A DNA stretch of 61,807 bases from a virus (Duplodnaviria; Caudoviricetes), in IMG/VR virus record IMGVR_UViG_3300042549_003657, positions 1 to 61,807 of that record. The stretch is one strand, 5' to 3'. The notes beneath the pieces were generated by a model, which did not search any database, was not told the origin of the DNA, and was given only the letters and a program-made list of their open reading frames with translations. Made by a program: the position numbers and the translations under genes. Shown piece by piece: positions 1 through 8,643 of the stretch (position 1 is its first letter; each line of letters begins with the position of its first letter).

Positions 1-2
1 AG

Positions 3-128
3 GAAACTGTCAGCGGTAAGTGGGTGTTTCCTAAGCCGTCGGATGCGGTGATGGTTGGTGTGGTTGGCTTTGTGGTTGAGCCGTTTGATCCTGCGTGGTT
101 TCCGCCAACACCACCGTTGACCTTATGA
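3..128 (+). CDS. 3' end of a truncated hypothetical gene (window edge)
   Basis: Open frame ETVSGKWVFPKPSDAVMVGVVGFVVEPFDPAWFPPTPPLTL ending in TGA at 126-128; same strand as the neighbouring genes. Confidence 0.5.
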   Translation, partial: ETVSGKWVFPKPSDAVMVGVVGFVVEPFDPAWFPPTPPLTL

Positions 129-183
129 AGCACTCCTGCGCACAATCGGGTGGGGGAACATTTCTCCCAAATCTAGGTCAAGG

Positions 184-465
184 ATGGGCATAATGGCAAC
201 AAAACCTGTCTCATTAGCGGTCGGTCGAGGAGAAAAACTCCCGGTCAGCAAAGGCGCAGGTCTCACGGCCAAAGGTCGTGCGAAGTACAACGCGGCCACA
301 GGTTCCAACCTCAAAGCCCCCGCGCCCAATCCCAAGAGCAAGTCCGACGCTGCGCGCAGGAAATCGTTTTGCGCCCGCATGAGCGGGATGCCTGGGCCGA
401 TGAAAGACGAGCAAGGCCGTCCTACACGTAAAGCGGCGAGCCTCAAACGGTGGAATTGCAAATGA
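184..465 (+). CDS. Conserved basic phage protein (DUF6321-like)
   Basis: GLTAKGRAKYN...RRKSFCARM...SLKRWNC motif typical of aquatic phage late regions. Confidence 0.7.
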   Translation: MGIMATKPVSLAVGRGEKLPVSKGAGLTAKGRAKYNAATGSNLKAPAPNPKSKSDAARRKSFCARMSGMPGPMKDEQGRPTRKAASLKRWNCK

Positions 466-662
466 GTACGCATGTCGACGAAACCACAAAGCATGTGGTT
501 GATGTAGTTTCAGTTGTAACCGTTGTGGGGACACTCGTGGATAAACTACCTGCGATTGCTGCCATGTTTACAATTGTTTGGACAGTCATCCGCATTTGGG
601 AGACCGAGACTGTTCAGGCGGTTGTTCGCAGGCTTCGATCAAAAATTTGCTCGAAAGAGTAG
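462..662 (+). CDS. Small membrane protein, holin-like
   Basis: ATGA overlap with the upstream stop; two hydrophobic segments (VVSVVTVVGTL, LPAIAAMFTIVWTVI) and a basic C-terminus. Confidence 0.6.
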   Translation: MSTHVDETTKHVVDVVSVVTVVGTLVDKLPAIAAMFTIVWTVIRIWETETVQAVVRRLRSKICSKE

Positions 663-671
663 GAGAAGCAA

Positions 672-992
672 ATGCCTTCTTCATCAACTAAGCAACACAA
701 ATTCATGGCGGCCATCGCGCACAGCCCCGAATTCGCAAAGAAGGCGGGTGTCCCGATGTCTGTTGGTAAAGATTTCGTCAATGCCGATAAGGCACAGAAA
801 GGCACTACTATGGCTACCAAAGGAAAAATGCCCCCCTTCATGGGTAAAGAGTCCAAGGCTGAAGAAGCCAAGGAAATGAAGATGATGAAGAAAAAGCCTG
901 CTGCCAAGTACGCTCGTGGCGGTGGCATCGAGATCAAGGGCAAGACCAAAGGCAAGATGGTCACGATGGCCAGCGGCGGGCGCTGCAAGTAA
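672..992 (+). CDS. Lys-rich hypothetical virion-associated protein
   Basis: AGGAG RBS; MPSSSTKQHKFMAAIAHSPEFAKKAGVP N-terminus; YARGG and MASGG motifs. Confidence 0.75.
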   Translation: MPSSSTKQHKFMAAIAHSPEFAKKAGVPMSVGKDFVNADKAQKGTTMATKGKMPPFMGKESKAEEAKEMKMMKKKPAAKYARGGGIEIKGKTKGKMVTMASGGRCK

Positions 993-994
993 TC

Positions 995-1237
995 ATGCGT
1001 GCGTCTAGGGGCATGGGGGCTATCGCCCCCAGCAAGATGCCGAAGGCAAAGAAGATCACCCGAACGGATTCTCCCGAGTCGGTGGATTCCTACGCTCAAG
1101 GCGGTCTCTACGAGAACATCAATGCAAAGCGCAAGCGCATTGCGGCGGGTTCTGGTGAGAAGATGCGCAAGCCCGGCACCCCTGGCGCGCCTACCGCAGC
1201 CGCGTTCAAGCAGTCTGCAAAAACCGCAAAGAGATAA
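995..1237 (+). CDS. Basic hypothetical phage protein
   Basis: GLYENINAKRKRIAAGSGEKMRKPG motif; tightly packed in the operon. Confidence 0.75.
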   Translation: MRASRGMGAIAPSKMPKAKKITRTDSPESVDSYAQGGLYENINAKRKRIAAGSGEKMRKPGTPGAPTAAAFKQSAKTAKR

Positions 1238-1239
1238 GC

Positions 1240-1896
1240 ATGGCAACCTCCGGCAAAAGTATTTCGCAGACTCGGTACGAAGCGCTTGTTGCAAAAGCAA
1301 AAGCCCGTACCGACGCGGGTACGTATGTCGAAGCGCACCACATTCTCCCCCGTAGCATGGGGGGAGCCGATACAGCAGATAACCTTGTACGCCTGACGGC
1401 GCGAGAGCATTTTCTAGCGCACTGGCTTTTGTATCGCATCTACAAGACTCCCGCAATGGCGCGATCGTTTAAGCTGATGGTCAACGATCAAGCACGCCGC
1501 CGAGGGCGAGACTACGCTGCCGCGCGAGAGATAATGGCGCAGGACATGCGGGGGGATCGGAATGTGTCCAGGCGTCCTGAAGTCCGAAAAAAGCTACGAG
1601 AACACTGCTACAGCGCATTTGCTGGGAAGAAGCGCCCTGAACATGCGGCGTTAATGCGCGAGAAAGGGTTGATACGCGGGGACAAAAACCCTGGGTATGG
1701 TAAAGGTTCGCTACAAGCGGGGGCGCTAAACCATATGGCGCGGAAAGTGGTCGGCCTGCACCCTTGGTACGGAGTATTTGTTTGGGAGACTGCGACGGCC
1801 GCTGCACAACAGCTTGACGTATCATTACAAGCGGTTGCACAAGCTGTTCGGCGAAGCGCTCGGTCTAAAGGTTGGCGTTTGGAGTACGTAAAATGA
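1240..1896 (+). CDS. Free-standing HNH homing endonuclease with NUMOD-like DNA-binding repeats
   Basis: EAHHILPRSMGGADTADNLVRLTAREHFLAHWLL is an HNH core; GDRN, GKKRPEH and GDKNPGYGK are NUMOD3-like; C-terminal HTH-like segment (ATAAAQQLDVSLQAV). Confidence 0.88.
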   Translation: MATSGKSISQTRYEALVAKAKARTDAGTYVEAHHILPRSMGGADTADNLVRLTAREHFLAHWLLYRIYKTPAMARSFKLMVNDQARRRGRDYAAAREIMAQDMRGDRNVSRRPEVRKKLREHCYSAFAGKKRPEHAALMREKGLIRGDKNPGYGKGSLQAGALNHMARKVVGLHPWYGVFVWETATAAAQQLDVSLQAVAQAVRRSARSKGWRLEYVK

Positions 1897-2591
1897 CGAC
1901 ATCGGGTACGACGACGTTCAACTTAGATTTAACGGAAATCATCGAAGAAGCGTTCGAGCGATGCGGTTCTGAAGCCAGATCGGGATATGACCTGAGAACG
2001 GCGCGCCGTTCTCTAAATCTCCTATTTGCAGACTTCGCCAATCGTGGCGTGAATATGTGGACGATCGAGCAGGGCTCCCAAGTCCTGACTCCTGGTACAG
2101 CCACCTACACGTTGCCAGCAGATACTGTGGACTTGTTAGAGCATGTGATCCGTACAGGGGCAGGCGTAGCATCTACGCAAGCCGACCTGACAATCACGCG
2201 GATCAGCGTCTCCACCTACGCCACCGTGCCTAACAAGCTCCAGCAAGCTCGACCCATCCAGGTCTACATCAACCGGCAGGCTACGCCTACCTTCACTGTG
2301 TGGCCCGTGCCCGATGACAGCCAGACCTACACGTTCGTGTACTGGCGGTTGCGTCGTCTGCAAGACGCTGGTGATGGGGTGAATACGATGGACGTGCCGT
2401 TCAGGTTCTTGCCCTCGATGGTGGCCGGTCTTGCGTACTACTTAGCGCTGAAGGTTCCTGGCGGGGCAGAGCGTTTGCCTATCCTCAAGGCGCAGTACGA
2501 CGAAGCGTGGGAATTGGCAAGTTCGGAAGACCGTGAAAAGGCCGCAGTTCGCTTTGTGCCACGACAGCAGTTCATAGGTGGCGGCTTCTAA
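1893..2591 (+). CDS. Head-to-tail adaptor protein (P22 gp4-like position)
   Basis: ATGA overlap; LTEIIEEAFERCG...ARRSLNLLFADFANRG and VAGLAYYLALK motifs; structural module context. Confidence 0.7.
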   Translation: MTTSGTTTFNLDLTEIIEEAFERCGSEARSGYDLRTARRSLNLLFADFANRGVNMWTIEQGSQVLTPGTATYTLPADTVDLLEHVIRTGAGVASTQADLTITRISVSTYATVPNKLQQARPIQVYINRQATPTFTVWPVPDDSQTYTFVYWRLRRLQDAGDGVNTMDVPFRFLPSMVAGLAYYLALKVPGGAERLPILKAQYDEAWELASSEDREKAAVRFVPRQQFIGGGF

Positions 2592-2980
2592 TGGGGAATC
2601 GGTTTTCCTCGGGCAAGAACTCGATCGCCGAGTGCGATCGGTGCGCATTCCGCTTCAAGCTAAAACTGTTGAGAAGTCTGGTTGTTAAGACCAAGAACAT
2701 CAACATGTTGGTCTGCCGCTCGTGTTATGACCCAGATCATCCGCAGTTGCAGTTGGGGATGTACCCTGTAGATGATCCGCAAGGGGTTCGCAACCCTCGT
2801 CCTGATAGAAGCTACGTCACATCCGGCGTGCTCAGCAACGGTCTCATTGGTGAAGGCAGCCGCATTTTCCAGTGGGGCTGGGCACCAGTCGGTGGCGGCA
2901 ACAGCGCTATCAGCGGCAATACGGCTAATTCCTTGGTTGGTCAAGGAATTGTTGGTACAGTCTCAGTAATCACTACGTGA
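2591..2980 (+). CDS. Zn-finger (2x CxxC) structural-module protein
   Basis: CDRC...CRSC, DPDHPQL and PRPD motifs; TAATG coupling. Confidence 0.7.
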   Translation: MGNRFSSGKNSIAECDRCAFRFKLKLLRSLVVKTKNINMLVCRSCYDPDHPQLQLGMYPVDDPQGVRNPRPDRSYVTSGVLSNGLIGEGSRIFQWGWAPVGGGNSAISGNTANSLVGQGIVGTVSVITT

Positions 2981-2991
2981 AGGAGCCAGTC

Positions 2992-3150
2992 ATGGCAACT
3001 ACTAAACAGCCCTCCGCAAGATCCGGCGACAAGATGGCCCCGCAAGATGGTGGCGTAAAGCGCAGCGGAAACACGGGCAAGAGCAACATGGACATGCTCA
3101 AGATGGGACGCGGTTTGGCGAAAGTCGCAGCTCAGAAACGCGGAGGCTGA
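2992..3150 (+). CDS. 52-aa basic hypothetical protein (absent from the ORF track)
   Basis: AAGGAG RBS; MATTKQPSARSGDK...MLKMGRGLAKVAAQKRGG fills the gap between neighbours. Confidence 0.7.
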   Translation: MATTKQPSARSGDKMAPQDGGVKRSGNTGKSNMDMLKMGRGLAKVAAQKRGG

Positions 3151-3151
3151 T

Positions 3152-3352
3152 ATGGCCACCTACCGTACCCCTAAAGCATCAACCCCTGCGGTTGTTGAGA
3201 ACAAGCCCGTCAAGCAAGTCTTGCGGGATACGCCAATTTCCGTTGCGAGCAACCGAAGCGCTGAGTACAAAGCCACCAAGACTGATGGCATTCAGATTCG
3301 CGGATGCGGCGCAGCCACCAAAGGCAAGATGGCACGCGGCCCTATGGCTTGA
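3152..3352 (+). CDS. Small basic hypothetical protein
   Basis: GGAGG RBS; GIQIRGCGAATKGKMARGPMA C-terminus. Confidence 0.75.
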   Translation: MATYRTPKASTPAVVENKPVKQVLRDTPISVASNRSAEYKATKTDGIQIRGCGAATKGKMARGPMA

Positions 3353-3358
3353 TAACCT

Positions 3359-4015
3359 ATGAACTACGCTACGCTGTCTGCGACCATTAGTAGCTATTTG
3401 CAGAACTACGAGACAGACTTCGTAGCGAACATTCCTACGTTTGTTAGACAAGCGGAACAGCGCATCTACAACTCGGTGCAGTTCCCTTCGCTGCGTAAGT
3501 ATTTTTCGGGCAATCTGACGGGCGGGAGTCCGTACCTCAATGCGCCGAATGACTTCTTGGCGCCCTACGCGCTTGCTGTTGTGGATGACACTGGTCGGTA
3601 TAACTTCCTGCTCAACAAGGACGTTAACTTCATTCGTGAGGCTTACCCGACGGTATCAAGCACGGGGCTGCCGAAGTACTACGCGCTGTACGGGCCACAG
3701 ACCGTGGCCACTACGGAGTTGCAGTTGATCATTGGCCCGACACCGACCTCGGCCTACGCCATCGAGCTTAACTACTTCTTCTACCCAGATTCGATCGTCA
3801 CGGCCTCTACAACGTGGCTTGGGGATAACTTCGACACGGTGCTGCTGTACGGATGTCTGGTCGAAGCGTACACGTTCCTCAAGGGTGAGGCTGACTTGCT
3901 GGCGCTCTACGACGGCAAGTACAAGGAAGCTCTGGCATTGGCCAAACGCCTGGGGGACGGTATGGAGCGTCAAGACGCCTACCGTTCTGGGCAGTATCGA
4001 CAGCCGGTAAACTGA
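3359..4015 (+). CDS. Tail tubular/adaptor protein
   Basis: MNYATL...IPTFVRQAEQRI and TTWLGDNFDTVLLYGCLVEAYTFLKG motifs typical of podovirus adaptor proteins. Confidence 0.72.
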   Translation: MNYATLSATISSYLQNYETDFVANIPTFVRQAEQRIYNSVQFPSLRKYFSGNLTGGSPYLNAPNDFLAPYALAVVDDTGRYNFLLNKDVNFIREAYPTVSSTGLPKYYALYGPQTVATTELQLIIGPTPTSAYAIELNYFFYPDSIVTASTTWLGDNFDTVLLYGCLVEAYTFLKGEADLLALYDGKYKEALALAKRLGDGMERQDAYRSGQYRQPVN

Positions 4016-4016
4016 C

Positions 4017-4433
4017 ATGGCGCTTACGCAAACCCTCGTCACCAGCTTCAAAAAAGAGAGCTGGCAAGCCATTCACAACCTGGAAACAGACGTCCTCAAG
4101 ATCGCCTTGTATACGGGCGCGGCCACACTTAGTGCGAGCACAACGGCGTACACCGTGACGGGCGAGACGACAGGGCCTGGATACACCGCAGGCGGCAATA
4201 CGCTGACAGGAGTTACGCTCACGACGGACGGGACAACCGCCTACGTTGACTTTGCGGATACGGCCTGGACTGGGGCTAACTTCACGGCTCGCGGCGCGCT
4301 GATTTACAACTCCAGCAAGGCCAACCGCGCAATTGCCGTTCTGGACTTCGGCGCCGACAAGACCGCGATCAACACATTCACGATTCAGATGCCGGCAAAC
4401 GGTGCTAGTACGGCGCTGTTGCGGTTTGCTTAA
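4017..4433 (+). CDS. Virion structural protein (beta-rich tail accessory)
   Basis: LKIALYT, GYTAGG, TARGALIYN and VLDFGADK motifs. Confidence 0.72.
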   Translation: MALTQTLVTSFKKESWQAIHNLETDVLKIALYTGAATLSASTTAYTVTGETTGPGYTAGGNTLTGVTLTTDGTTAYVDFADTAWTGANFTARGALIYNSSKANRAIAVLDFGADKTAINTFTIQMPANGASTALLRFA

Positions 4434-4466
4434 TAAGCCTGCGTACCGGGCACACAAGGAGGCGTC

Positions 4467-7091
4467 ATGCCTAGTTCATACACACCATCGCTACGCTTGA
4501 CGCTGCCCGTTACGGGCGAGCTTGCCGGTTCCTGGGGGTCTACGGTCAACACGGGTGTGACGTCTCTGGCTGAAGCGGCGATTGCGGGCACTTCTGCGGT
4601 GGCCATGACAGACGCCAACTACACGTTGACTGTCGCTAACGGCACGACCGACCAAGCTCGGAACATGTTCATCACGCTGACGGGCACTCTGACGGTCTCG
4701 CGCAACGTGATCTGCCCCTCGGTGTCTAAGCTGTATGTGGTGACGAACAGCACGACGGGTAGCCAGTCGATCGTCTTTAAGACTGCGGCGGGCTCAGGCA
4801 TTACGGTCGGTAATGGGCAGCGCAAGATGTTGTACTGCGACGGCACGAACGTGCTGGATGCAACGACGGGCTTCACGTCTCTGCTGTTTGATGCGGGCTC
4901 GGTCAGCGCTCCTTCGATTTCGTTCGTCGGCAACACAACTACAGGTTTCTGGCTTCCGACTACGTCTACCGTTGCCTTGAGCACTGCGGGCGTTGAGCGC
5001 CTTCGTGTAACGTCTGCCGGTAGGCTTGGGATTGCTACGACAGCACCTGCGCAATTGCTGCATGTTGCCGAAGTTCCTGCAGGTTCCGGGATACGTGTTA
5101 GCGGCCCATCTGGCGACAACGCTTGGGGCGGCGGTATCGAGCTCTATTCCAACAACGCGACGACGGTCACTAGCTCTATCCTTGCTTCGTCGGGTGGCAT
5201 GCTGTTCACCTACGGCGGCTCCGAACAAATGCGCCTGACCTCCACAGGACTGGGTATTGGGACGAGTTCGCCCCGAGGGTTGCTTGATCTCAACACAACT
5301 CGTGGCGTCAAGGCCTACTTTGGTACGGCTGGAACGCTTGGTGAAACACAGCAGAACGCTGGCGATTACGTTGCCAACAACCTGTTTGTCTCGGCGGAGT
5401 CTGCCGGGACAATGACCTACACCAAGACAACCAACGACAACGGCAACGCAATCATCCAAGACTTCAGCCGTGGCATTACGTTCTACACGGGCGTAACAGG
5501 GGCAAACACAACCACGGGTACGCTGAACACCTTTGAGTGGATGCGCCTCGACTCCTCCGGCAACCTTGGGATTGGTACGACTTCGCCGGGAGCGAAGCTG
5601 GATGTAACAGGAACTGCTGCAATCTCTGGTGCTGTCACCTTGTCCGGCGGCACAGCCAACGGCGTGGCCTACCTCAACGGCAGCAAAGTCCTGACCACTG
5701 GGTCTGCGCTGACGTTTGATGGGACGAATTTAGCAACTACTGGCACATCAACGGGTCTTCGTCTAATTGCATCGTCTACTGACGCCGGAGGATCAGTTCT
5801 TCAGGTAGACACCACGGCAACCGCCTATGGTCGTGTCGGCGGCTCTACGACGATGGGCTATGTCGCTGGTACGCAGTCGCTTTGGACGATTGGCGGCTCC
5901 GAACAAATGCGCCTGACCTCCACAGGACTGGGTATTGGGACGAGTTCGCCGGGGGCGAGGTTGGATGTTGTTGGCTCTATAAGGGCGCTTGTAAACACTG
6001 GCTACAACTCATCTTCTGATGTTCGCTTTGATATTGGTGCAAGTAATTCTGACAGTGTTAATTCTTCCGCGACGTATGCGTGGAGAGTTCAAACCTCAGG
6101 CGATGCTAACGGACAGTCTTTAACTTTTAGCTCGTATAGGCGCGGTGACACAATGCTCGAACGCGCCCGCATCGACTCCTCCGGCAACCTCGGTCTGGGG
6201 GTGACGCCGAGTGCGTGGGATAGCACATACAAAGCGTTCCAAACCACATACGGTAGTCTTACTGGCGCATCTACAAGTATTCGTCTTTCTGGCAATGCGT
6301 ATGTAGCAGCAGGCACAGGTTCCACATACACCGCAACGGGAGCGGCCACAACTTACATTCAAACCGCTGGACAACACCAGTGGTACACCGCCCCCTCCGG
6401 CACCGCAGGCAACGCGATCAGCTTCACGCAGGCGATGACGCTGGATGCGAGTGGGACGCTGACCGTCAAGGGAATCGGGAGTGGTAACGGCAACCTGATC
6501 TTTGACGACCCCGGCACGGCGATTGTGTCGGCTCAGGGCACGGGAGCGTCATTTTTGACGCTAAACGGTAGAAACGCCATCACGTTTACTACTGGCGGCA
6601 CCCCGGCAGGGACCGAGCGCATGCGCCTCGACTCCTCCGGCAACCTCGGTTTGGGGGTGACGCCGAGTGCTTGGAGTGCCGCAGGCGGCATTGATTTCCC
6701 CGGTGGCGGAGGCGTTGGTAACTGGGGTCTTTCTGGTAATGCGACATGGCTGAACAGTAACACCTACTACGCCAGTGGTAGCTACAGATACAAAGACACA
6801 AACACCGCCGCGCAATACATTGTTGGCAACGGTCAACACCAGTGGTTGACCGCCCCCTCCGGCACCGCAGGCAACGCGATCAGCTTCACGCAGGCGATGA
6901 CGCTGGATGCCTCCGGCAACCTCTTAGTCGGTGTAACCGCAGCAGGGACTACGGCCGCCAAAGTCATCGGCATGGCCAACGCAACGGCCCCAACAACGAG
7001 CCCAGCGGGTATGGGTCAGCTCTACGTTGAAGGCGGCGCTCTCAAGTTCCGAGGCTCATCGGGCACCGTCACAACCATTGCTCCGGCTTAA
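4467..7091 (+). CDS. Tail fibre / receptor-binding protein with repeated modules
   Basis: GGAGG RBS; N-terminal anchor ([12 protein letters not shown]); repeated [15 protein letters not shown]-type units and two [23 protein letters not shown] units; G/T/S-rich. Confidence 0.9.
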   Translation: MPSSYTPSLRLTLPVTGELAGSWGSTVNTGVTSLAEAAIAGTSAVAMTDANYTLTVANGTTDQARNMFITLTGTLTVSRNVICPSVSKLYVVTNSTTGSQSIVFKTAAGSGITVGNGQRKMLYCDGTNVLDATTGFTSLLFDAGSVSAPSISFVGNTTTGFWLPTTSTVALSTAGVERLRVTSAGRLGIATTAPAQLLHVAEVPAGSGIRVSGPSGDNAWGGGIELYSNNATTVTSSILASSGGMLFTYGGSEQMRLTSTGLGIGTSSPRGLLDLNTTRGVKAYFGTAGTLGETQQNAGDYVANNLFVSAESAGTMTYTKTTNDNGNAIIQDFSRGITFYTGVTGANTTTGTLNTFEWMRLDSSGNLGIGTTSPGAKLDVTGTAAISGAVTLSGGTANGVAYLNGSKVLTTGSALTFDGTNLATTGTSTGLRLIASSTDAGGSVLQVDTTATAYGRVGGSTTMGYVAGTQSLWTIGGSEQMRLTSTGLGIGTSSPGARLDVVGSIRALVNTGYNSSSDVRFDIGASNSDSVNSSATYAWRVQTSGDANGQSLTFSSYRRGDTMLERARIDSSGNLGLGVTPSAWDSTYKAFQTTYGSLTGASTSIRLSGNAYVAAGTGSTYTATGAATTYIQTAGQHQWYTAPSGTAGNAISFTQAMTLDASGTLTVKGIGSGNGNLIFDDPGTAIVSAQGTGASFLTLNGRNAITFTTGGTPAGTERMRLDSSGNLGLGVTPSAWSAAGGIDFPGGGGVGNWGLSGNATWLNSNTYYASGSYRYKDTNTAAQYIVGNGQHQWLTAPSGTAGNAISFTQAMTLDASGNLLVGVTAAGTTAAKVIGMANATAPTTSPAGMGQLYVEGGALKFRGSSGTVTTIAPA
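5214..5950 (+). repeat. Identical 59-bp direct repeat in the tail fibre (5214-5272 and 5892-5950)
   Basis: ggcggctccgaacaaatgcgcctgacctccacaggactgggtattgggacgagttcgcc occurs twice. Confidence 0.95.
6172..6670 (+). repeat. 43-bp direct repeat with 1 mismatch (6172-6214 and 6628-6670); partial third copy at 5541-5566
   Basis: tcgactcctccggcaacctcggtYtgggggtgacgccgagtgc. Confidence 0.92.
6387..6910 (+). repeat. Identical 62-bp direct repeat in the tail fibre (6387-6448 and 6849-6910)
   Basis: accgccccctccggcaccgcaggcaacgcgatcagcttcacgcaggcgatgacgctggatgc occurs twice. Confidence 0.95.
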
Positions 7092-7100
7092 GGAACACGC

Positions 7101-7346
7101 ATGAACCTCCCACAACCCCCACAACTCCCCCAAGACAAAGCCAACCACCTGATCTACGGGTTGGTGATCTTCATCCTCGTGCATTTTTTCTTCGGCGTGG
7201 TTGCGGGCTTGCTGGCGGGCACCGTGGCGGCTGTGGCTAAAGAGGTCTACGACAAGGTATCAAACAAGGGCAACCCAGAACTGCTGGACGCTTTGGCGAC
7301 AATTGCAGGCGCCGTCCTCGGCGCTCTTGCAACCGCACGGATTTAA
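7101..7346 (+). CDS. Small membrane protein (VanZ-like)
   Basis: AAGGA RBS; DKANH...AKEVYD...DALAT pattern with 2-3 hydrophobic helices. Confidence 0.7.
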   Translation: MNLPQPPQLPQDKANHLIYGLVIFILVHFFFGVVAGLLAGTVAAVAKEVYDKVSNKGNPELLDALATIAGAVLGALATARI

Positions 7347-7357
7347 CGAAGGCACCT

Positions 7358-7717
7358 ATGGGTCACGAAATCATCGCCATCCTCTTCCTCTCGCGGGACA
7401 TCGCGCACCGGGAACACTTAAGGACAACGTCCTACGCTGCGCACATCGCGCTGCAAGAGTTCTATGAGGGCATCATCGAGGCCGCCGATAGGCTGGCAGA
7501 AGTCTGCCAAGTTCGTCACGGGATGATGAAGCCCATTCCATATCTGGAGCCTGAAGGCGAGCCCAACGTGGCCGACGAACTTGAGTACCAGATGGGCGAG
7601 ATCGAGAGCGCTCGGTACAAAGCCTTCGACAAGACCGACACGCCGATCCAGAACATTGTGGACGAGCTCGTGGCCCTGTACCTGCACACGCTCTTCAAAC
7701 TCCGCCGGTTTAAGTAG
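7358..7717 (+). CDS. Ferritin/Dps-like four-helix protein (DUF5856-like)
   Basis: HREHLRTTSYAAHIALQEFYE..ADRLAE and QNIVDE..TLFKLRRFK resemble Dps-like helices with His/Glu ligands. Confidence 0.65.
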   Translation: MGHEIIAILFLSRDIAHREHLRTTSYAAHIALQEFYEGIIEAADRLAEVCQVRHGMMKPIPYLEPEGEPNVADELEYQMGEIESARYKAFDKTDTPIQNIVDELVALYLHTLFKLRRFK

Positions 7718-7725
7718 GAGGCCCT

Positions 7726-8193
7726 ATGCTCAGTGCCCTGATTTCATTCCTTGGCGGCTCAGTTTTTCGCATGCTGTGGGGCGAAATCTCGTCCTTCATC
7801 AACAAGCGCCAAGACAACGCACACGAGTTGGAAATGCTGCGCTTGCAAAGCGATATCGACGACCGCGCTCACGCACGCAACCAAGAGACGTTGCAACTGC
7901 AAGCCCAGCTTGGCATCAAAGTCATCGAAGCGCAGTCCCAGGCGATGGTGGATAAAACCGATGCTGATGCGTTTGGCGCGGCGATGGCCCGTGCTTTTGC
8001 ACCGACCGGCTACTCTGTAGTGGACATCTGGAACGGCGTTGTGCGGCCCGCAGCCGCTACGATCGCGCTGACCCTGTGGGTGTGTAAGCTGGTCTCACAG
8101 AACTTCCAGATGGGTGACTGGGACATGGAGCTGGTAGGCGCCATCCTCGGGTTCTTCTTCGCTGACCGGAGCTTGGGAAAACGTGGAAAATGA
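7726..8193 (+). CDS. Putative holin
   Basis: AGGAGG RBS; N-terminal hydrophobic segment, coiled coil, VVRP followed by TM segments and GFFFADRSLGK; directly upstream of the lysozyme. Confidence 0.65.
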   Translation: MLSALISFLGGSVFRMLWGEISSFINKRQDNAHELEMLRLQSDIDDRAHARNQETLQLQAQLGIKVIEAQSQAMVDKTDADAFGAAMARAFAPTGYSVVDIWNGVVRPAAATIALTLWVCKLVSQNFQMGDWDMELVGAILGFFFADRSLGKRGK

Positions 8194-8638
8194 GCCGCAA
8201 CTGATCATTGCTGCGGGCCTGTGCAGGCGCTTTGAAGGGCTGTTTTTGAAGCCTTATTTGTGCCCGGCCAATGTGGCGACGATCGGTTATGGCTCCACTC
8301 GATATGAGAACGGGGCACGGGTTACGCTGAGTGACCCGGCAATTACCAAGCAACGCGCAGAAGAACTGCTGATGCACGAGCTTCGCGCTGTACAGCCGAG
8401 GGTGTTGAGTCTTTGCCCAGTCCTTAAAGACTGGGGGCCTGGGGCGATTGCTGCGATATTGGATTTTGCTTTCAACCTCGGTACTGGTAACCTGCAATCA
8501 TCCACGCTGCGCAAGAAAATCAACGCAAACGATCCAGAAGCCGCAAAACAAGAACTGCGTAAATGGGTTCGAGGCGGTGGTCGGGTGCTTCCAGGATTGG
8601 TTAGTCGCCGGGCTGCAGAAGCCGCACTATTGGGGTAG
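8183..8638 (+). CDS. Endolysin, GH24 lysozyme
   Basis: FEG..PYLCPANVATIGYGST, DFAFNLG, LPGLVSRRAAE. Confidence 0.93.
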   Translation: MENEPQLIIAAGLCRRFEGLFLKPYLCPANVATIGYGSTRYENGARVTLSDPAITKQRAEELLMHELRAVQPRVLSLCPVLKDWGPGAIAAILDFAFNLGTGNLQSSTLRKKINANDPEAAKQELRKWVRGGGRVLPGLVSRRAAEAALLG

Positions 8639-8643
8639 AAACA

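Noticed and set aside
4467-7091. Diversity-generating retroelement or invertible shufflon acting on the tail fibre
   Set aside because: No reverse transcriptase or invertase in the window; the repeats are direct and identical rather than adenine-variable or inverted.
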